DNA of 58,493 bases, filler included, from Jimgerdemannia flammicorona (Eukaryota): assembly GCA_003990765.1 (NCBI GenBank). It is 3 parts of 3 records of this genome, joined end to end, with 100 filler letters (N's around TTAATTAATTAA, not from the genome) between each part and the next. Parts side by side here need not be neighbours in the genome. Positions count along the whole stretch, not along the records: positions 1 to 19,436 come from RBNJ01001939.1; 2 more parts are not named here. One strand, 5' to 3'. How positions within the stretch are numbered: position 1 is the first letter of the stretch; every line of letters starts with the position of its first letter. Below are positions 1-13,174 of this stretch, one piece after another. The notes under the pieces were generated by a model. The model saw nothing but the letters and a program-made list of their open reading frames with translations, ran no database searches and was not told where the DNA came from. Both the position numbers and the translations under genes were made by a program.

Positions 1-1224
1 AAAAAAAAAAAAAAAAAAATGGAAATAGTAAAATACAAAATCGTTATCACTCTTATAGATGTGTGGATATTTCTGGAACGTCACGTTGATTGCGTTGTCT
101 GCCATCGCACTCATATTTACATGGGCCTATCGGCACCCGTCGCCCTCTCCGACTAATTACCACCACCCAAGCAATCTAATCAAGTAGTTGTAAGCTGAAC
201 GGGAAAAGTCGACCGTCCTGTCAATTCAGTAGTTTTATATACGGTTTCGTCCGAGATTTACCAATTAAATGTAGTGTCTGAGAATTTTGGTGACCATACC
301 GATATAGTTTGTACGCCCTACGATCAACTAATTAATACTTACAAATGGTATTTCGGGATGAAAGAATACAACGATCTACCACTGAGGTAACGTTTAGCAA
401 GTAGAACCAAAATCGGAAGCTCTCCAAAGTTTTCGGCTCCGATGACATCAGGGTGAGGGTTAGTACTCACTACGAAGCGCCGACGTTCGCATCTCTGTGA
501 TTCCAGTACGTCGACATCTTCAGGGTTCCTGGAGGTAAAACTCGAATCCATTCAGGACCGCCCTCTCAGTGTGCAAAGATGATCGGGATTTGGGAAGACA
601 GACGCACCGTGGCGGGTCGTGCGAGGATTGCGCAAAGGTGTCTGATCCTTACTTGCCACGGGAATTGTTCGCACAGGGAATCGGCCGATGATAGCGCCGG
701 AATGTCCGCTTCGGACGAGTTTAAGATATGCGTCGCATTTGCAATAAGGTACACCATCTCGGTCTGTTAATGATGCCTTCTTTAGTAAATAATAGTTCTC
801 TGAAGATAAATAAAATTATATAAATATTTTAACAATAGCACTATTGCATCATCCCTATCTCGCAGTTGTCATTGTATTTGCAATGCTCATCTACCATCAT
901 CGCGCTTAGCTTAGATTCGCCTGGTATTTGTCATCACGATCCACTATCACTCGTATTCACCATCACATTCACTTTGCTTATCTCCTCTTATATGCATACT
1001 CTCACCACACATTGCACGTCTGCAAGATTTGCCATTCTCTAGTGGGAATATACTCTAAACACTTGAACTTATCATTATGTTATGCACACTAATGTATTAT
1101 CTGTAGAACGGTGACATATTTCGCCTCTGGATGCGGTGATTATGATAAAATATGACTAGTTAATTATAAAGTGTTTCGCGATTACTGGTTATTAACCGCC
1201 GTCGAACAACGAAGATGTTTTAGC

Positions 1225-1975
1225 TCACCCCAAAAAACTGTGCCGTTTCTCATCAAACCGGTAATACGCGTCTCCTGCGTTTATCCAGTCATTGGAAACT
1301 TTTCTCGGTCGATATCCAGGAGGAAGCATTAGTAATCCTTCGTATCTCCACCATATTTTAGCGAAGGCACAGGTGACTGACTCGGCCCATTTGTCGCACA
1401 GTGGACATTTGGAATGGTGGTTGTCGTGGAAGAGGCTGAAATCTTTTAGTGAATATAACCCGGTTATCGTATGATTTGCGCGCATGATTGTTACATATTC
1501 CTGACGGATAGAGATGCGAGTTCATATTGTTACTGCTTGATCATCCAAAGGGTTGTGATGCTACTCACCTTCGAGATTCAGAGTCGACTGCGGCCCATTC
1601 TTCACATGCTTTTTTTTGACCAGTTAAGTATCCTAACGTTCCCGCTTGTCAAATTCACGAATTTGATCAGTTTGACACAATCACCACTAAGTAGACGGTC
1701 CAAAATAATAATGGTGCATTCATTTTTGATACTGTAGTCCAAAAGCGTACGCGTGTCTTCCAACTGCTTGCAGACATACGTCAGTCGTTGTTGATCGGGA
1801 AGAATGCCCTCTTTTTCGTAAATTTTACTCTTCGGCAGGCCTCGAACACCAGCGTTGTTCCATCAAACTTCCTGGCGAGGACCACTAACGGCTGTTCGGT
1901 GACAGGCAGGACGAGCAAGAATCCTGAACCTTGCTGAGGTTGTCCTGCTCCAAGGTGAAGGACTGCATCGTGTGC
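1225..1975 (-). pseudogene. Ubiquitin-like domain + Cys-rich C-terminal domain protein, frameshifted pseudogene (5' boundary uncertain)
   Basis: Minus-strand translation gives [17 protein letters not shown], then a deletion/frameshift, then [47 protein letters not shown]. This matches ubiquitin [33 protein letters not shown]. It continues ...LNLE, a GT-AG intron (1568-1501), GICNNHARKSYDNRVI, another frameshift, and SKCPLCDKWAESVTCAFAKIWWRYEG. Confidence 0.75.
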
Positions 1976-4344
1976 CGAGTTTTGAAGAGGGTTAAGAGTG
2001 TCGTCTTGATGAGGAGGGTGTGGCTAACTGGAGCGGTGTGTAGCATGCGGGTTAGGCGTGAAGGGTTTAAATGTGTGGTTCACCATTGATGGCTGCAAAG
2101 CAATGTGCGGCATTTTGCCAGGTTTGTTACCTTTCGCTTCGAACCGCGTTCAATCATGTTGATGACGTTGATGGATATATATCTGACCACTGCGGGTTAA
2201 CTCGACGCCAAGAGTCGCGACGGTGCCTGTGTTAAAATTACCGGAACTTCCCAATAACCATTGCGACCTTACCTGCTTCAGGTAGCAGAACTGCTTTGAG
2301 TTAAGCCTCTTGGTTTATAACATATAGAGTCCCCGAATAAAATGTCTCCCAAAGAACCAGACTGCTGTATATTGAAATGCCATAATATTGACGGCTTGTA
2401 ATGTCTGGTTGTTTCGCGCGATGCCTAACATAACAATGTGTCGAATAGTTGTCCACGCCGCTTGTAACTATCACGACTCCAAGATGACATCAAGTGAAAG
2501 AGATCACATGTTAATGATAAACTTTGAAAGACTGTTTCGATCCATGCCGAAGTTGAGCTAAGTTAACATTAATTGATTCTGTTACAACACACAACATACT
2601 TCTCCTAAGCTCTGATGTAAGACGAGTCGGAAACTTTTGGCGGGAATATGGCGACCGGCGATGATGACATCATAGCATATATGGCATACTAATTGATCAT
2701 GTCGGATGTATTCATACTGCGTTACGTCAATGGGTATAATGGCATAAAAAATTTCTGATAGTGTTGACGATATAATTTTTGTGAATTTATTCAAATATCA
2801 CTTCTGATGTCATAAAAAATAAAATAAAATTACATTTTACCACACAAGTTAAAGAAATATTTGAAACCGAAGGCTGCGACACTCTGGTGTTGGATGAATG
2901 ACTATTTTTAGTGGAGCCTGGAATGCAGAATTTTAGGCTCCCGTTATTTTTAATGCATTTATATAATAATGTCCTCTATTTGTGTATGCAATGGCAAAGT
3001 TTATGGTGTGGATTCCATAATTTCAAGAAGGTAAAGGTTATGATATGGGTCATTTTTTGCTATTTTCCTCACACGGGTGTAAATACGATGTCCTACACAT
3101 CCTCATGTTTCTTGATACGAATTATCCAAAGCGGATGCATGAATAAAATAACTCGTCATCTGCCTCGCGATAATAGTCTGACATTCTTACATACTCGAAA
3201 TTTCGTATCAAATTTTCTCACGTCGTTGTATGGCGCCTTCTTGGTATGTAATCATCACGCAATTTCATTATTATTATTGTTGTTGTTATTTAGCTTCATG
3301 TAATTCACAATCATTCGTTTGGGTCACAGAAGGCGGGCAATTGTGTCTCGTGCATAATCATACGCGGAGAAATGACTCACTAAGGCCAGTTGTGGTTTTC
3401 TTTTTAATTTTGAAACTCTTCACAAACTATCACGCGGTACAAGAACTCGGACACGATCTTTCGAAGTCAACAATTGTAAAACTAGGCCTTTGGAACACCG
3501 ATATTAAGAGTTTTACTGGCTCAACGAAGTAGCTCGTTTGGTTACTTACATTACACGAATAACGACCACCCCCCCTCTCTCCATGAAGAACACTATCCAT
3601 ACATATAACTTCTCAACATGATGCTCCAAGTGCCTCGGCATCTCAACCTCTGGTATGCCGACTTCCACAACGACCAACTTACAACGGCATGATGCAGCAT
3701 ACTTGATACATTTCTTCGTGCATTCGCTGCCATAATAGAATACAAGTTCAACATGTACCATTCATCGTAAGGTTTAAAAGATCGGCCCTTCGTGGGTTCT
3801 AAGCGAGAGTTTATTTCCATATCCAGAACGTTTCTAAGCCTTGTCAGCGATACGAAAGTTGTACGCTAAAACTAAGAAAAAAGACAGTGTATCCGCAGAT
3901 ATAAATGAGAGAAAGCGTGCCAAAGTCATATAACCACCAACAGGTTGGGCTTTGAAGGTCATCGTCATTCTGCTATATATATTGTGATGAGCAAATAGTA
4001 TAGTATAGCCAGATGACGTGAACACTCAGCATAGCATAGTTACCCATACCTAGTTACCCACATGTACCACCACTTATATAATTAGCTAAAGGTACCAAAT
4101 CAGGTTTGTTGATCTGTGTCCTAAGGACATACCTGTGCCCATTAGACACACCTGTGCTCACCAGACACACCTGTGCCCATCAGACACACCTGATCACCCT
4201 CTTTCCTAAATAGCATTACTGTGTATTCTATAGTTAGCTATGTATATAGCAACTAGATAGCCATCTTTCTCTGGTACCATTCAGGTTACACAACCTTTGG
4301 AAGGCACTTACAACATTGTTTTTTGGAGAAAAGAGACTAACAAC

Positions 4345-6325
4345 ATGGCAACCGACAGGCAATCTAGGGTGCATACTGGGCAGGACAGCCCAAGCGCTTT
4401 CAAATGGCAGTAGGTGGGGAGGGTGTAGAAGAGGTGGCAGTAGTGGTGGTAGACAAGGGTCTGGGAGAGTGAGCTTTGTGGAGACGGTGAAGGGGAGACA
4501 GCAGGTGTCAGGGCTAGAGGGCTGGCTAAGGAGGGGCAAGGAGACTGAGAAGGCAGTAGTGCATGGGAGAGTAGCCCTTGGAAGGGGGGGCAGTGGAGCT
4601 GGGGGAGTAGCAGCTGGGGGGAGTGTGACTGCTGGTGGTGACAGGACTGCTAATCTGGAAAAAAATCCAGATATGATGGCTGTTGGCGAGGCTGAGTAGC
4701 TGAGGCTTAAAAGACAAGGGAATTTGGTGGATAGCATGATGGGCCTGGTGGTGGCCCCATTACTCAAAAAATCAATCTCGGTATTCACAGTTATACTGTG
4801 CTTCTAGGGCTTAGTGGTGACAGTGAAAATGGTACTGGGGCTTATTACTAAGCAGGTGGCAGGAGCTACGTTGGTGAAGTTTTTGAAGGGACTGGAGGGT
4901 GTGGAGGTGGGTTTTGAGGAGGCTGAGCTATTGGAGGAGGCACTGAAGGTTGGGTTAGTGGTTGGGGAGGTGTGTGTTCTGATGGTGAGGTGTCTGAAAT
5001 GAGATCCAAGGGTGGTCCAACTGTTGGTGAAAGGAGTGCCCATGGTGATGGCGATGGAGATGAGAAAGAGAGTTGAGAATGTCATGGCAGAGTATAGAGA
5101 GGTGGTAGATATCAGATTCAGGGTCTGGGAAGAGACCTCGCTTAGGACTGGGGATGTGGATGTAAGAATTTGGCTGGCTGGGAAAGAAGCTACTGGGAAG
5201 GCAAGAGACTGGCCTTTGGTGATGGTCTGGGGAGCGATCTTGTGCAAGGTGATAAGGGTGAAAGGAAGTGAAGAGGAGGAAGAAGATTTATTAGAAGTGC
5301 TAGAAGAATTGGATGGTGCTGTAGAGTGGCGAGCAAAGGCTTGGAAGGCTTTCATAGAGTCAATGCACCTGGAGGTGGTAGATGGAAAGAGGATTCGAGG
5401 GGACAAGGTGCAGTGAAAAAGGGCTCAGGAGTGTAAGAGACAGAAAGATCTGCTGGCTAAACTGGGGAGCAGACCACAGGAGGATATGAGCAAGATGATG
5501 GGTATGGAAGGGGCCAAAGCGAGTGTCTGGGCTAGCAAGAGGAGTGGAAATGCCAGGGAGGAGACAGGGAAGGTGAAGGAGGTGAAGATTACTGACCTAT
5601 ATGCTGATGGCATCTTGGAGGTTTGGAATGAGGTCTGGGAGGATTCCCCCACTCCTTCTCCTCTTATCAGGTAAGGCCTAGCTTCCAGAAACAAGATGGT
5701 GAAGGATGTGACAATGCTGGGGACCCATCAGGTGAAATTCGGCATTCCAGAGGTGATGAATGGGGGACATATGGTGGTGGCCAGGGAGGAGAAATTGGTG
5801 GATGTTCTGGAGGTATGGGATGAGGCTGCGAGTGCTGAAGCTGATACCACAATGCTGGATGGAGGGAGGCCAGCAACCCCTGGAGGGAAGGAGGTGGGGA
5901 ACCTACTTTGGATGTACAGGATGATGAATAACCTGGTGGCAGAAGAGTTGGGGGAGGTGGACTTGCAAGTGATGGGTGATGAGCACTGGGTGCAGATATT
6001 GCAGGAGGATGGAGTGATGATGACACTGAAGGTGAAAATTCTTATGGTATATCTGGAGGAGGAAGGGTATGAGGTGGACAAGGAGTGAGAGGCAGAGATG
6101 GTGGTTGTCACTGGGGAGAGGGCTGAGTACTGTTGGAACAAGCATCATAGATTGCAGCTTTGGCAGGAGGCTTGTATTGAGTACTAGGAGGAGTTTGAGG
6201 AGAAGGCAGATGGGGAGATGAATGAGCTGTTGGCTGGATTAGAGGCTCAGAGGGCTGAAGAGGAGGAGGTGATGGCAGAACATAATCTGGACACAGCACA
6301 GGAGGAGATGAGTATGGAGCAGTAG
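4345..6325 (+). pseudogene. LINE ORF1 (nucleic-acid-binding protein), disrupted
   Basis: Fragments such as GRVSFVETVKG and VQLLVKGVP..VVDIRFRVWEETSLRTGDVDVRI are homologous to the ORF1 pieces at 52708-54739 and 33497-35413. Confidence 0.8.
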
Positions 6326-6355
6326 AGATCGACTGATAACAAATCATATTTCATT

Positions 6356-9300
6356 ATGAACAGTACAACTAACATTTTTTCTTTGAACATGAATGGGCTA
6401 AGGGGTGCTGTTAGACATAGGAACATTTTTATTTGGCTGAAGAGATTGGAGGCTGATCTCTTCCTCTTGCAGGATGTCAGATATGAGGATGACTCTGATA
6501 AGATAGAATGGACAAAGGAATGGTGTGGCATGGCGATTTAGAATGGCAAGGTCAGGATTCTGGTTCAGAAAGGTAGAGGGGAGATAAGAGATGTGGGGAG
6601 CTGGGGGGAGAGGCTGGTCTAGGGTGAATGGATTCATGCAGGCTAGGAGCCAGTTACAGTTGGCTCCTATTACTGCCCTGCTATAAGGGGGGAGTGTGTA
6701 GATTGGGTGAAGAGTCTTCAGGAGAGTGGGATCCTTACAGAGGCTGGGTTGGATATGCTTGGGGGAGATTTCAGTATGATTCGGGATATACAGATGGATA
6801 GAACTGATGGAGGATGGGGTGCTGAGAGCAGGAGTGGGGGGCTGGTGATGTGGGAGGAAGTCGAAAGACTAGGAGCACTGGTAGATGCTGGTAGGGAGTA
6901 CTGGGGAGATAGGAGGGTATGTATATATACATTGGGCTGGAGGCCTGGAGACAAGGATCGACTGGATTCTGATGGTCAACTGTTGGGGCTGAGATGTTTG
7001 GAAGTCGCTGGAGGTGGAATGGTGTCCATGGTCGGATCACTGGGGCCTTTTGGGACAGGGGTGCTTTGGGGGAAGTGGGGATGGGCCTGGACATTGGTAC
7101 CTAAATTCCTCCTTATTAGATGATGAGTCCCAGTAGGAGGAGTGGGCTAAAGACATTCAGCTGAGGGTGGAGAACTGGTGGCAGGAAGGTGCCTTGATTG
7201 GGGTTTGGTGGATGAGGATGAAAGAGATGGCCAGGATGTACTAGAGTGAGGCTGGCAAGGAGGCAGGGAAGCAGCAAAGGCAGAGAGTGCATTGGGCTTC
7301 TACTAGATTGGCTAGGCTTTTGGAGGAGTGGGCGAGACTGGCAATGGTGGAGAGAGAAGAAGATTGGAGAGTAATGAGGGCAAAGATGGAGGTTAGGAAA
7401 CTACAACAGGTACTGCGGGAAGAGAAAGAGGCAAAGGTGCAAAGCTTGGTAGCACAGCTTCATTGGCAGGGGCTGGAGGAAGGGGAGAGGCCTTCTAAGT
7501 TTCTTATGAGGACCCTTAGAGTGAGAAGGGTATAGCAATGGTGGGAAGGGATATTTGACTCAGATGGTATACTAGTGCATGGTGTATAGAATATTCTTGG
7601 ATCACTGAAGGAGCAATGGAGTGGATTGTGGAGTGAGGAGGAGGGTGGAGCAGATGCTACTGCTATTGACCATACATTGGAGGATTGGCACCCACTACAA
7701 GTTGAAGGACTAGGTGACCTGGTGATGCCTGTAAAGAAGGATGAGATCCACCAGGTTCTTGCCATGACAGCCTCAGGTACAGCACCTGGGGAGGATGGCC
7801 TACCCTGGGACTTCTGGAAGCGAATGGTTGGAGTCCCAGGTGTGATGGGTGAGTTGACAGCATTGTGTGACTCTATATTGCAGACAGAGAGATGGGTGGG
7901 GGAGCAGGATCTCAGGCTGGTGACACTGCTTTATAAGAACAAAGGAAGGTGAGAAGATTGGAAGAACTGGAGACCAATAATGTTGCTAGATATGGACAGA
8001 AAGTTGGTGACTAAGGTAGTGGTCATGAGGCTACAGAAGGTAGCCCAGCAAGTTGTAGGTATTGAGCAGAGGGGATTTGTGAGTGGTCAGCTCATTAGAG
8101 ATGGCACTGCCTGGGTACATGGAGTTATTGAAGGGGCTAGAGCCTGTGGACTAGATGGGCATCTAGTCTTCTTGGATCAGGAGAAGGCTTATGACCAGGT
8201 GCAATGAGTCTGGCTGGCGAAAGTATTGAATAGAATGGGGGTTCCAATCCAATTTCGGTCAGCAATGGTCAGTCTACTGGAAGGGAGTAGGGCTGCACTC
8301 ATGTGTAATAGGTATAGAGGGGTAGCATTTCCTCTGGGTAGGGGGGTGCCCCAGGGGGACCCACTGTCTCCCATCTTGTATACTCTTTCTCTGGAACCCC
8401 TAATGGACAGAATTAGGCAGAGAATAGTGGGGCTCTCTATCTATGGCATTGGGTGGAAAGTTGGGGCCTTCATGGATGACATGGTGGTTGGGTTAAGATT
8501 GATTGCTGATGTCAAGGAGCTCAAGAAGACAGTAGAGTGATATGAGGAGAACTCTGAGGCAAAGCTGAATTAGCACAAGTGTGAAACAATGGTGCTAGGC
8601 AATGGCCTAGTGAGAGGAGAAGTTATAGGAATAATTGTCCCCACTGGTAATATAGTGCGGTACTTGGACATCTATTTGTCAGTCTATGAGTCAGTTCTGC
8701 CCAGACTTTGGTGGGAGCAGTGAATTAGAATTTGAGAGGAGGACCTGTAGGATTGGGGGGGAAGACACCTTTCTCTAGCAGGATGGGTCTCGATTTTGAA
8801 TATATATTGGCTGCCGAAGCTGTGGTATTTGGCTTATCATCTGGACTTCCCAGTCTAGATGGTGAAGAGATTAGTGAAGGTGGCCAAGGGATGGCAGACA
8901 GAGCCAGATTGATTGGGAGACCTTGTCCCTACCAGTGGCGAGAGGTGGTCTTGGGCTAGTAGACTTTCCCAAATGACTATACTGCTTGAGGGCATGGTGG
9001 CTTAAGAGGGTGGTGGAGTTGCGAGGAGGAGGTTGGGTTCTCCTGCTGCAGAAGGTTTGGGAGAGGTAGTTATCACCAAGAGGCTCAACTGGTGATCTTC
9101 TCTCATTGGTTGGACTTCAGAACACTACACAATTGCAATATAAAGGTTTCTGATGGGGGATAGTGGAGGGGTACACCACATTGGTATTTGCTGGTAGGAG
9201 AATAAGAGAGAGGAGACTTGGGACCCAGTGATGTGGAGATAGGATGACATACTGCTGGGCAGTGTACCTTTACTTGAGTTTGATGTTGGTGATGAAATAG

Positions 9301-10004
9301 AATACCAAAAAGGATCAGGCCAGGATCTGTGGCCTAGCAGTTGGCAAGAAGTTGGAATTGGAGAAGAGTGAGACTGGTATGGTATTTGGTTCTGGAGTGC
9401 CACAGTGTGAAAATGGATGCCACTGAAGTACTGGGTGATCTGGTGGCATATACTGAGGAGGAATATAATGCTCAACTTCCGCTCAGGGCACCTTATCATA
9501 AGGGATTGCTTCGACTATGAGAAGTACCATAATGTAGGGCAGGAAGGGGGCTTTATACAGATGCCAGAACATTGGCTAGGAGAGTATGAGGTGTTGGGAG
9601 ACTTTTGGTAGGTCATCGGGAACTACTTGGGGGTGAGATGTAGGAGAGATGAAGTATGGGGGAGGTGGGAGGACTTGAGGGATTGATTGGTAGAAGGGGT
9701 GGGAAAGGAGTAGATTACTTTAAATTGGGTGTTGGCTATTTGGGTTGGGCTGGCCAGTCACTGGCTATTTGTTTTTGAGGATAGGAGACGACAGAGCTTG
9801 GAGAGCCAGTTATCATGGTGGCAGAGACTTATGGAAGACACCTTAACAGGCTGGTGGCTTGGTTGGGGGCTACAGGGGGGTCAGAGATACTGCTTGGTAG
9901 AGAAAATCTGTGAACAGAGCAGTGGGAGAGTTGGAGTCATTGGTGAGAGGGTGATCTTTATTCATGAAGGAGTAGAGAGGGGCTCCCCTATGGGAATCGG
10001 ATAG
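6356..10004 (+). pseudogene. LINE ORF2 (APE endonuclease, reverse transcriptase, C-terminal Cys/His region), disrupted
   Basis: Motifs NIFSLNMNGL, LFLLQD, GGDFS, APGEDGLP, QRGF, FLDQEKAYD, GVPQGDPLSP and AFMDD (FADD in other copies), with many TAG/TGA/TAA stops. Confidence 0.93.
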
Positions 10005-10063
10005 TAGGTGGTAATATTGTATACTTATTCATAGACTGGTAATAAAGATAGAGTCTAAGTAAC

Positions 10064-10132
<69 letters not shown>

Positions 10133-11859
10133 GCAACTAGATAGCAACCACAACTGTATAAAATACTCTAGAGACAAGAGTGAATAAACCTCAGTCCAAA
10201 AAGTTCTAAAGCAAAAGACAAGTCTGTTTATTATATTTTGAGAGATATGTCTACTAAGAGCTACTTGATCTAGGAAGAATTATAATACTTAGGAGAAATG
10301 TCCACTCTAAAGTCACTTTTAAGAGATTGTGAACTTTATTTCTTTTCTACTCTGGTCAACTTTTCAATATAAGGAGATTCACTATATTTTTAATTTGCTT
10401 GCTAGATAAGTCTGAAGAATTTGAGAAGTCTATTATATTTTGATATACTTATCAGACTACTATATTGGAAATTCTATTGGAATTTCTGTTGAAATTTTCA
10501 ATAGCTTTGTTACTATATAATAAACTATTATACTAACTGATGAATATTAAAGTGATATTACTTTTTAAATAGTTTAATATATAGCTCTTTAGCTTAATGA
10601 GTATCTAGAGTTCAGTGCTAAATTTAATAAGTAGGTTTTGGTAAAAAAGGAAAGAATATAACAGTTTGTTATATATATAATAACAAGCTACTGGAAATTA
10701 TAATAGAATTTTCAATAAAAATTCCAATAGAATTTATAATAAAATTTCAGTATAATAGTTATAGATACTATATATAGTATAACTATATAGATATATTCAA
10801 TATACTATATTTAGCCATAGTTCCAAATATATAAATACTCTTTATACTAAGTATATTATAATCTTAGCTCTGCTTTTTCTACTCAAAAATAAATAAGTAT
10901 TTTTATCTAGTACTCTCAGATCTGACTTATTAATGATTCTAAGTCTGATCAACTTAGAATATAAGTATGGTACTCCTGCTTAGCATAAGAACCTAAAAGC
11001 AATACTTGGACTATATCTCTATAATAGATATTTAGAACTTAGTGCTTTCTTACAGAATACAGAACTTAGAGCTAATAGTTATCTCTGATTATCTATAATA
11101 TATTAATTCTATCAGTATATAGTTTTATTATACTGAGCTAATTATGTATTTTAAAACCTTTCTCTAATTCTTAAATAACTTAAAGACAGATTGAAAATTA
11201 ATAAATTTATAATATCTTTTCTTTTTTTTCTATTAATAATTCTGAGAAACTATATTTAGAAATAATTTTAAGTTTTATAGTATTATTTAAGAGTTCTTTT
11301 CTTCTTAATAAAAGATATCTAAAACTTTAAATAGTTTTTATATAATATGATATAATAAATAGCTAACTAGATAGTAAGTTGCTCTAATTACTCTTTTTTG
11401 CATTTTGATAGTAAAATATAGTTTTTCAAAGATCTCTATAAGGCTCTTAATAGTTATCTCAGAGAAATATAGTATAAAATTCTAATAAAGTGAGTTCAGT
11501 ATTTTTAGATTCTACTTAGATATACATAATTACTTTTAATAAGTTGGTTATTTCAGCTTCAATCCAATAGTAAAATATATAATATCTTAAAAGATGACTT
11601 CTTAAAGATATACAATGGTCTAAGAGATATGGTAGAAAATTTAATAAACTCAGAGAGCCTTCTTAATTTATCAAATAGTGAGTAGTCCTTTTTAGATAAG
11701 ATCTTAATGGTCTTGTTCTATAGTTTCACCTCAGAGTCTATGATCAATTTTATATTTATACTAAAGAACTAGGTAGTTGGAGGTATTCTTGAGTTATTGT
11801 ATCATAATATGACAATAATTAATGAAGTGTCTCAAATTATCAGTATAAAAGTTCAGATA

Positions 11860-12100
11860 TGTATCGGATGAGAGCAAGCCTTCTGGATGGTTTCAAAGAT
11901 GTAAGGTTCAGGTTGATGGTCTGCTGTTGGTGGGAGAAATGTGAGAATGGGCAAGCTACACTATAAATTGTAACGAGCATATGAGTCATAACCCTTACAT
12001 AAAGTTGTGTTGACTCGGAGGAGGATGTATATACCAGGAACATAATTACACGACTTCGACGCACATGTTCCAAGTGTAAGAGCACATGCCCCTAAAATGG
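11860..12100 (-). pseudogene. 5' remnant of a third Rho GTPase tandem unit
   Basis: ctgctgttggtgggag..gtgagaa..aattgtaacgagc is homologous to 14060-14200 and 15690-15800. It encodes QQQTINLNL and homology breaks off before the P-loop. Confidence 0.6.
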
Positions 12101-13174
12101 ATGCATCCTAAATTGGGCCTGGGCCAAGCCCTTATCGCTCTACGCAGAGCGAAACCAGGCTAGAAGGGGGAGCCAAAGTATCCATATGCCTGTAGGATTG
12201 GATTTATTAGCCAGAAATTAGGTGAAAATAGCGGGTCCCCAGTAATCATTTAAAGATCAGTCTTGAAATCCTGAATAAGGGCATGCATTCGCAAGGATCG
12301 AATATTAAAGGAATTCCCGCATGACAGGTCGCTTTTCAAGCTCCCCCAGTGGCTCCACAACACCTCTCTTTGTGAAATCCTCCTCAATTTACTAACGATA
12401 ATCTCATTTAAATCCCACGTCGGGAATTTTTGGATACCTCTCTTCCCTAGTCGTCATGAATATCTAGCATTGCTGTCGCCCACCACCCTATCATGCTGGC
12501 CATACATATTGCACGTTTAGAAGCATCTTTGTAGATACTCTGCTGTCGTGTATTGTTCTCGGACTTGCGGCAGGCTGCCAGGCCGCCATTGCATATCTCT
12601 TATTACTTCGGTTTTGGCGTCCTGTGACCAGGTAGCATGTTCTTGAAAGAAATCGTCGTTCACCTCCAGAATATGCTTGGCAATCCCCTGCCATGCGAGG
12701 AAACATACCAGAATCTCGCCAACAATGTAACACAGTCGACTGAAACAGCTAAATTATATATAGGTCGTAGGCACTATATGGTTGTAATGGAGCAGCAAGA
12801 AGCAAAGAGAAGGTCAGCAGAACCAAATGTATATTTTGTTAGTCCACAACGTCACATAGTCTCCTAGGTAACTGTCACCTTATGTTCATCCACAATCACG
12901 AGAAAAGACTACATAACTCCACACCATCAAAAAAAATCGTTCACTATTTAACCGGCCACCATCATAACTCTTTCCAAAAACGTCATGCTCGTATAGGATC
13001 GAATTGAATCGGATCGGATTCCTTATTTGTACCCGATCGCACAAATTCAGGTCAATGTGAGCAAAAATTTTGAACAGAGACTACGGCTTGACATTGCGAA
13101 ATAAATAAATTTGGGGTTGGGCGGCAGACTTCATTTGAGCGATGGTGGTTTTCGCAATCTCACGCCGTTTATTA

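Larger units (their letters stand above)
4262..10130 (+). mobile_element. Full-length L1/Tx1-like non-LTR retrotransposon, copy 1 (subfamily alpha), decayed
   Basis: 15-bp TSD tagcaactagatagc at 4247-4261 and 10131-10145, AATAAA at 10041, poly(A) at about 10067-10130, and two stop-riddled ORFs. Colinear with 52627-58493. Confidence 0.95.
4008..10430 (+). mobile_element. LTR family C fragment (about 4008-4261 plus 10146-10430), interrupted by LINE copy 1
   Basis: Shares agccagatga..aacac..cagcatag, ctatagttag..tagcaac.agatagcaacca, TATA-like tgtataaa and gagtgaataaacctcag with 32051-33400 and 40803-42465. Short tandem repeats cacacctgtgcccatcaga lie at about 4125-4192. Confidence 0.65.

Noticed and set aside
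1..19. Poly(A) at the window start as a LINE tail
   Set aside because: Upstream sequence is outside the window, so it cannot be tested.
250..780. Minus-strand ORFs 339-551 and 566-757, possibly exon remnants
   Set aside because: Coding-like composition, but no recognisable family or coherent gene model.
2580..4000. Cluster of short ORFs on both strands
   Set aside because: No motifs and no consistent exon structure identified.
10430..11820. Very AT-rich block, probably a decayed TE (similar blocks at 31400-32050, 42700-43199 and 44663-45106)
   Set aside because: Too degraded to assign a family or boundaries by eye. Only a short LTR-C-like inverted motif near 42815-42860 is visible.
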